This document shows, piece by piece, positions 57,620-64,000 of a DNA stretch of 64,000 bases. The notes under the pieces were generated by a model. That model made no database searches. It saw only the letters and a list, made by a program, of their open reading frames with translations, and was not told the origin of the DNA. Origin of the DNA: Eledone cirrhosa (taxonomy: Eukaryota); NCBI GenBank assembly GCA_964016885.1, contig OZ024746.1:75392001-75456000 (forward strand), given 5' to 3'. Numbering within the stretch: position 1 is the stretch's first letter; each line of letters opens with the position of its first letter. A program made the translations under genes and the position numbers.

Positions 57620-57633
57620 CCTATAGATGGCGC
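57620..57633 (+). promoter_or_regulatory. Candidate CTCF site
   Basis: CCTATAGATGGCGC resembles the CTCF core CCASYAGRKGGCRS with two 5' mismatches, in non-repetitive sequence. Confidence 0.35.
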
Positions 57634-58481
57634 TGTCCAAGTGAAAGGTCACATCACATTCACCTCTGCAATACTCCATCGTCATCCAAAACCTGAGGGC
57701 TGACTTTTCTTGTTATGTGTGACGGGGGAAAGGGGGGGGGGGGGGGGGGAGAATACTGTTATCAGTGTATATATATATATATATATACATTACATCTATA
57801 TATTGTTGCTGCTGCTTTGATCATTGTTGATGTTGTTGTGGTTGTACTAGCTGTTTCTGTTATTGTTTTTGTTGCTGACTTATTGTCGTCGCTGTTGTTC
57901 TTATTGTTGTTGTTGTTGTTGTTGTTTTGTTTTTGTTTCTTGTTGCTGTTATTGTTGTTGCTGTTGTTTTTGTTGTATTTATTTCTTGTTCTTGTAATTG
58001 TTGTTGTTGACTATTCCATTTACAGATTGCTATTGACATTTGACCTAGAGGCCACCTATCATTTGCGCTCCGCAAATTTTGTGGTGAATCAGTGACGTAC
58101 ACATGACTAAGTTAATACTATCGTTGTTTGCTTTCATTGGTAAACTATCCAACAACCCGCGAAGGTGGCCAGCTTTCACTTTCGTTTCCTTTAACCCTTT
58201 CCTTACCGTATTTCTAATGAGAGATGCAATATAGGATTTTGAGAGATTTAGTAAAATAACTTTCGCATTATTAAGTTGGTGTTTGGGATATAACTTAACA
58301 AAGGTTCTTACATGATATTATGACGGAAAATGTTTAGATAAATATATAAATATTCCAACCTTTTTATTACACTTTTGTTTTAATGAAAGTTACTGTCTAT
58401 GGTTTTCAAATAATTTTGAAAATAATTAGAGTTATGATAGATTTAGTGAAATAACTAAACTATTCCATTATTAAGTTGAAG

Positions 58482-59137
58482 AGCGGTGAATTGGCAGTAT
58501 CGGTAGAGGGTTGGACGCCATGCTTTCTAGCATAGTTACGTCCCTTTACAGTCTGAGTTCAAAATCCCGCCGAGGTTAACTTTGCCTTTCATCCTTACCG
58601 GGTCGATAAAATAAAATACCAGTAATGTACTGGGTATTTGATGGCCTTGTGCCAAAAGTAGAAACAATTATTAAGCTTTGGAGCATAACTTAACAAAGGT
58701 TCTTACTTAAAATTATGGTGGAAGGTTTTAAAATAAATATAGACATTATAATATAAACAAGGCAGTGGATCAGCAGTATCGGTAGAGCGTCAGACACCAT
58801 GATTTTCAGCATAGAGTTATGGCCCTTTACGTTCTGAGTTCAAATCCCACCGAGGTTAACTTTGCCTTTCATCCTTACGAGGTCGATAAAATAAAGCACC
58901 AGTAATGCACTGGGGTATTGCTGACCTTGTGCCAAAAGTAGAAACACTTATAATTGTTTCTACTTTAGGCACAAGGCCAGCAAATTCCCCAGTGCATTAC
59001 TGGTACTTTATTTTATCGACCCCGTAAGGATGAAAGGCAAAGTCAACCTCGGCGGGATTTGAACTCAGATCGTAAAGGGACGTAACTATGCTGGAAAGCA
59101 TGGCGTCTGACCCTCTACCGATACTGCCAATCCACCG
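58482..59137. mobile_element. Three SINE A copies: 58482-58672 plus, 58760-58947 plus, 58952-59137 minus
   Basis: Family A pattern; the last two are tail-to-tail. Confidence 0.9.
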
Positions 59138-59268
59138 AATAATATAAACAGCTTAGTATGGTACCTATCGTAATTGAAGGTGGAGGGTGGTAAAAGGGGT
59201 ATAAGTATTAGTAGCTGTACGGTAACCACTGCCGTATCCTACTAACACCAACACCACACTCAACGGTA

Positions 59269-59420
59269 ATGTTGTTGTTGTTGTTGTTGTTGCCGTTGTT
59301 ATTGCTGTTGTTGTTGTTGTTGCCGTTGTTATTGCTGTTGTTGTTGATTTTTTATGTTGTTGTGTGTTGCTGCTGCTACTACTACTACTACTGCTGTTAC
59401 TGCTGCTGCTGTTGCTGCTA

Positions 59421-59476
<56 letters not shown>

Positions 59477-59563
59477 ACTACTACTACTACTACTACTATA
59501 CTACTACTGCTGCTACTGCTGCTGCTACTACTACTACTGGTGCTTCTACTACTACTACTACTG

Positions 59564-59605
<42 letters not shown>

Positions 59606-59705
59606 TACTACTACTGCTGCTACTGCTGCTACTGCTGCTGCTACTACTACTACCGCTGCTACTGCTACTGCTACTACTACTGCTGCTACTGCTACTACTA
59701 CTACA
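59269..59705. repeat. (TTG)n/(CTG)n/(CTA)n compound microsatellite
   Basis: Directly visible. Confidence 0.95.
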
Positions 59706-59825
59706 AGCCAGTGACTCAGTAGCCTATGTATCTGCCTAGCTACATACATATACATACTCACACACAAACATATATATATACATATACACACATTTATATA
59801 TATATATATATATATATATACACAA

Positions 59826-59886
<61 letters not shown>

Positions 59887-59909
59887 CACATGTGTGCGTG
59901 TGCGCGTGC

Positions 59910-60120
59910 TTCTGTAGCCATTCTGTACTGTTAGTGGCTGCCGCATCTGACCTGAAGCGTGCTCAACGTCTAACAGAGACAGGAAGTATCGTTGCCATGA
60001 TAACACGGCATGAATTAACAGTGGCTTACTAATAAGATGGTAATTAACGTAATTAAGGCACCGGGTCACCGTTTAATTACCACCCGGCTATCATCCTATT
60101 TACCCTGCTGTCGTCGCTCT
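59910..60120. promoter_or_regulatory. Candidate cis-regulatory module
   Basis: ACAGGAAGT (ETS-like, 59979-59987), GTTGCCATGATAAC (RFX X-box, 59991-60004), and TAATTA at 60041, 60050 and 60074. Confidence 0.4.
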
Positions 60121-60184
60121 GTCTGTTTTTCTATTTCTTTCTAATCTCTCTCAATCATTATCTATCTATCTATCTATCTAATCC

Positions 60185-60281
<97 letters not shown>

Positions 60282-61789
60282 AGATGCGTACACCTTTATT
60301 TGAATATAAACTCTACGGGTGTTTGATCCGTTTAGGGGTAATGTGTCAGATCCTCACCAGGAGCAAATATTATTTTTAATTATATTATATGAATTATATT
60401 TGCTCGTAATGAAGGTCTGGCAGAGATCCCATAACAACCGATTCACCTGCAGAAACTATAGAATTTCTACGTTTTAACATCTATAGTTCCTTATGGATCT
60501 TCTTAAGCATATAATTGAGAATTTATGTATAAGATCATGGGTTCAATTCTTGAACCGAGAGGTTATTAAGCAAGATATTTCATTTTCGTATTGCTTTTAA
60601 TAAAATGGCTGGGATCCTTGACATTAAAACATCTAAGAAACCGCCGATGAGATGCAACCTCATAGTCGGCCTGTTAAGCCTGTATATGTAGGAGCTGTAA
60701 ATACACGTATCTGTTTGATAACATATTGATCCTGGTCCAGTCGAACCAATCTCGCTGTCTAAAATCTGAATCAAATCATTAACTAACTACAATTACAACA
60801 CTACCAGCTAATGAATAGAGTAACCCCATCGCATTATATGTGTATTACATTTTTATCTATTTTAATCACAATTTAGGTCACCATAATGTAAATATAAATA
60901 ACATAGTATAGTTAATATGAAGCATTGTGAGATATGTAATAAAATACTGGTAATTTTCAGAATGCCGGTGCAATGTGGTAGAAATATATAAAAATCAAAG
61001 GAGAACAAATAAAACAAGAGAAAATAATACTTCAAGGATATACCCTCTTTTCAAGTGTAAAAACGAAAACGGCTCAAACCTGTTAAGGAAAAACACATGG
61101 ATAGTTCGTTTTGTTTGAAACCATTTTCGTTTTTACATTTGAATAAATGGTATGAGACCTGAAATATTATGTTGATATGTATATTGGGTAGAAACATTAC
61201 TTTGTTTTACTTTGAAACAAATAAATAATCGTTTTACAAAGAGTTGCCAATTTTAGATTTTAAAAATATGTTAACTTACTGTAAGCTGCTACAATAGCAG
61301 GTTTAACTATAAAATAGTCTCTATGGGTTTATATACCCAACCTCATATATACCGACTCAGAGCTAACATACTTTCAAAATTACTTTGAGGCATTTTATTT
61401 TAATTAGTAATTACAGATTAGAGATTATAATTGATATAATTAGAAAGCTATCTCACTTTCACTTAATATAAGATAATTTAATTTAATTTACTTTGATATA
61501 ATTTAGAGTTGTTTAACACTAATTAAATTGATATGGCACTAATTGAAGTTAGTGCCATCACCCATCATAAACCTTCATTGCCGCGGTTTCTCTTAAACTG
61601 AACTGTTTTTTTTTTGTTTTTTTTCACGAGTGTCTGGTCTCGTAGTGGTTGGTAACTATATAGGATAGAGAACTTCATACAAAAGTAATTTCCGTGGTAA
61701 CTGACCAGTTCATATCTCAGTCGAGAATCATATATGTGTTGGGGTTTGGAGTGGAACAACTGGGTTGACTTTTCAAATGTGTACGTCCC

Positions 61790-62155
61790 AAATGCCAGAG
61801 TATCTGCGCTCGGATTAATGGTGCTAAATCGAAACCATTCAATGTGGGAGTCGGACTCCGTCAAGGGTGCGTACTGTCACCTTTCCTGTTCATTATTTTC
61901 ATAATCAGAATTTGCCTGCGCTGCCGGGTTGGAAGTGGTATCACGACTGGCTAGTGTAGAATCAGTCGGCTGGAATTTGCAGGCGACATGATATTACTTA
62001 ACACGACAGAAAGTGATCTCTGACTTGCACTTGAGAGGTTTGATGCCGAGTGCTGCATGACTGAAATGAAAATCAGTACTGAGAAAACTGAGACACTCGT
62101 CTTCTCAAGGTAGCCCGCACTCTACATGTGAATGGAGTTGCACTCAAGCAGGTAG
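61790..62155 (+). mobile_element. RTE-type LINE RT fragment, degenerate; not in the ORF track
   Basis: ARINGAKSKPFNVGVGLRQGCVLSPFLFIIF...ISRLEFAGDMILL...L*LALERFDAEC...MKISTEKTETL...VNGVALKQV. Confidence 0.9.
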
Positions 62156-62188
62156 TTGGTAGAAAATAAGCATCATTATTTTATGAAA

Positions 62189-62377
62189 GGGCGGTGGATT
62201 GGCAGTATCGGTAGAGGGTCGGACGCCATGCTTTCCAGCATAGTTACGTCCCTTTACGATCTGAGTTCAAATCCCGCCGAGGTTGACTTTGCCTTTCATC
62301 CTTACGGGGTCGATAAAATAAAGTACCAGTAATGTACTGGGTAATTGCTGGCCTTGTGCCAAAAGTAGAAACAATTA
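62189..62377 (+). mobile_element. SINE family A, full length, 14-bp target-site duplication
   Basis: ATTATTTTATGAAA at 62175-62188 and 62374-62387. Confidence 0.9.
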
Positions 62378-62470
62378 TTTTATGAAACAATTATTTTATA
62401 TAAAAATGATTTCTGCAGGACAAGAAATATTTCAAATTTCTTAATTCATATTTCATACATATAAAATATA

Positions 62471-62597
<127 letters not shown>

Positions 62598-62743
62598 ATG
62601 TATAACAAAGAGGGTGTGGTAAGATACCAGGTGGACCATAACGCACCAGGGTACTCGATACTTGGAGTAGTAGAGTGGACTATATCTGTCGAAACGGCCA
62701 GAGCTCAGCCGTCAGGATCCTGAATCTTTTCATATATATATAC

Positions 62744-62803
<60 letters not shown>

Positions 62804-62885
62804 GATATTCCGGGTTGAATCGGAGGTAACCACAGTAAGTAAGGTACTCAATACATTGCAGAGTATAAAAGTTTTAATATAGATG

Positions 62886-62935
62886 AGATTCTACAGGACT
62901 AGAACTGTTTCATTCTTTAGAAATCATCAGGAATC
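62886..62935 (-). ncRNA. Type I hammerhead motif (family H1) in element 62802-62958 with a 22-bp fold-back
   Basis: Reverse complement of the 21690 motif; 62914-62935 is inverted to 62937-62958. Confidence 0.75.
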
Positions 62936-63000
62936 AGATTCCTGATGATTTCTAAAGATTAATCTTAACCATTTAACATCTCAGGGTATGTCATGTATCA

Positions 63001-63061
63001 TTATATTTTGTCTGATGAGGACGTACTGTTGTACATCCGAAATATGTATAATAAAATGTAA
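63001..63061 (+). ncRNA. Type I hammerhead ribozyme motif (family H7)
   Basis: TTATATTTTGT-CTGATGA-GGAcGTACtgttGTACaTCC-GAAA-TATGTA-TA-ATAAAATGTAA: long stem I with G.U pairs. Confidence 0.8.
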
Positions 63062-63091
63062 GTGATCAAAAGAACATCTATTTTATTAATA

Positions 63092-63161
<70 letters not shown>

Positions 63162-63317
63162 ATATGTATGAAATTTGAAGTAAGAAATTTGAAACTCTTC
63201 TAGTCCTGTAGAAATTATTTCTATGTAAAATAACGATGCTTATATTCTACCAACGTATTGAGAACCTTCTTTAACTGTGGTCACCTCCCGACCCCCTTCG
63301 GGAATCTATTATACATA

Positions 63318-63351
<34 letters not shown>

Positions 63352-63392
63352 CATATACATATATATATATATACATATACATATAAAACATA

Positions 63393-63443
<51 letters not shown>

Positions 63444-63911
63444 ATATACATATGTGTATATATATATAAATCTTGGTGGCGGGTAGGTCCAAAGGGTGTC
63501 TGCGTCTGCACCTAATACCCTTAGAGGAAACATCATACATGCTATCAAGTCATACTCGATTGCGAGTGACGGCTGAAGTAGATCTACATATAAATATATG
63601 TGTCTGTGCAGCGTGTGTATCTGTGTGTCTATCTATATACAAATCAATCTCTCTACGTAACCATATATATATGTATATGTGTGTGCGTGTGTGTGTGTGT
63701 GTTTCAGTAGTTCAGCATCTACTGAGGAGGTGGTGGTGCTGGTGGTGGTGATGGTGGTGGTGGTGGTGGTGGTGGCAGATTTACTGTGAAGGGAAACAGT
63801 TGTAAAAATATTGATAGTATAAACAAGAAATAAAACTGTTGGAAAGTTGGAGTTAATGAGTTGGATCGGGGGGATGTTTACGTGGCGGGAATGGCACATA
63901 TAGATAGAACG

Positions 63912-63983
<72 letters not shown>

Positions 63984-64000
63984 GTCGTCAAGTATGAAAT

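Overview
AT-rich, microsatellite-saturated animal DNA; the SINE families and microsatellite spectrum suggest an octopus-like cephalopod (inference). No host gene is evident, and nearly all ORF-track entries are microsatellite translations. Content: (i) a 5'-truncated Penelope-like element (PLE) with an open RT + GIY-YIG frame (55017-56680, minus), capped by an inverted copy of its 3' pseudo-LTR (pLTR); (ii) a second PLE remnant with the same architecture (24487-26160); (iii) dead LINE fragments (RTE, CR1/L2-group, Vingi/Ingi, CRE, Tx1/L1-like); (iv) about 25 copies of one tRNA-derived SINE plus CORE-type SINEs; (v) a ~600-bp non-coding retroelement that sits in (CATA)n arrays; (vi) mini- and microsatellites. 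The main hidden layer is about a dozen type-I hammerhead ribozyme (HHR) motifs from several families plus degenerate or variant ones. Most lie in short islands within (TA)n tracts, often in head-to-head fold-backs whose ribozyme strands point outward. One family is little more than a ribozyme plus a short tail. A non-repetitive segment near 59.9-60.1 kb has a motif cluster (RFX X-box, ETS, TAATTA) suggestive of an enhancer. All folds and alignments were read by eye, and boundaries are approximate unless exact bases are quoted.
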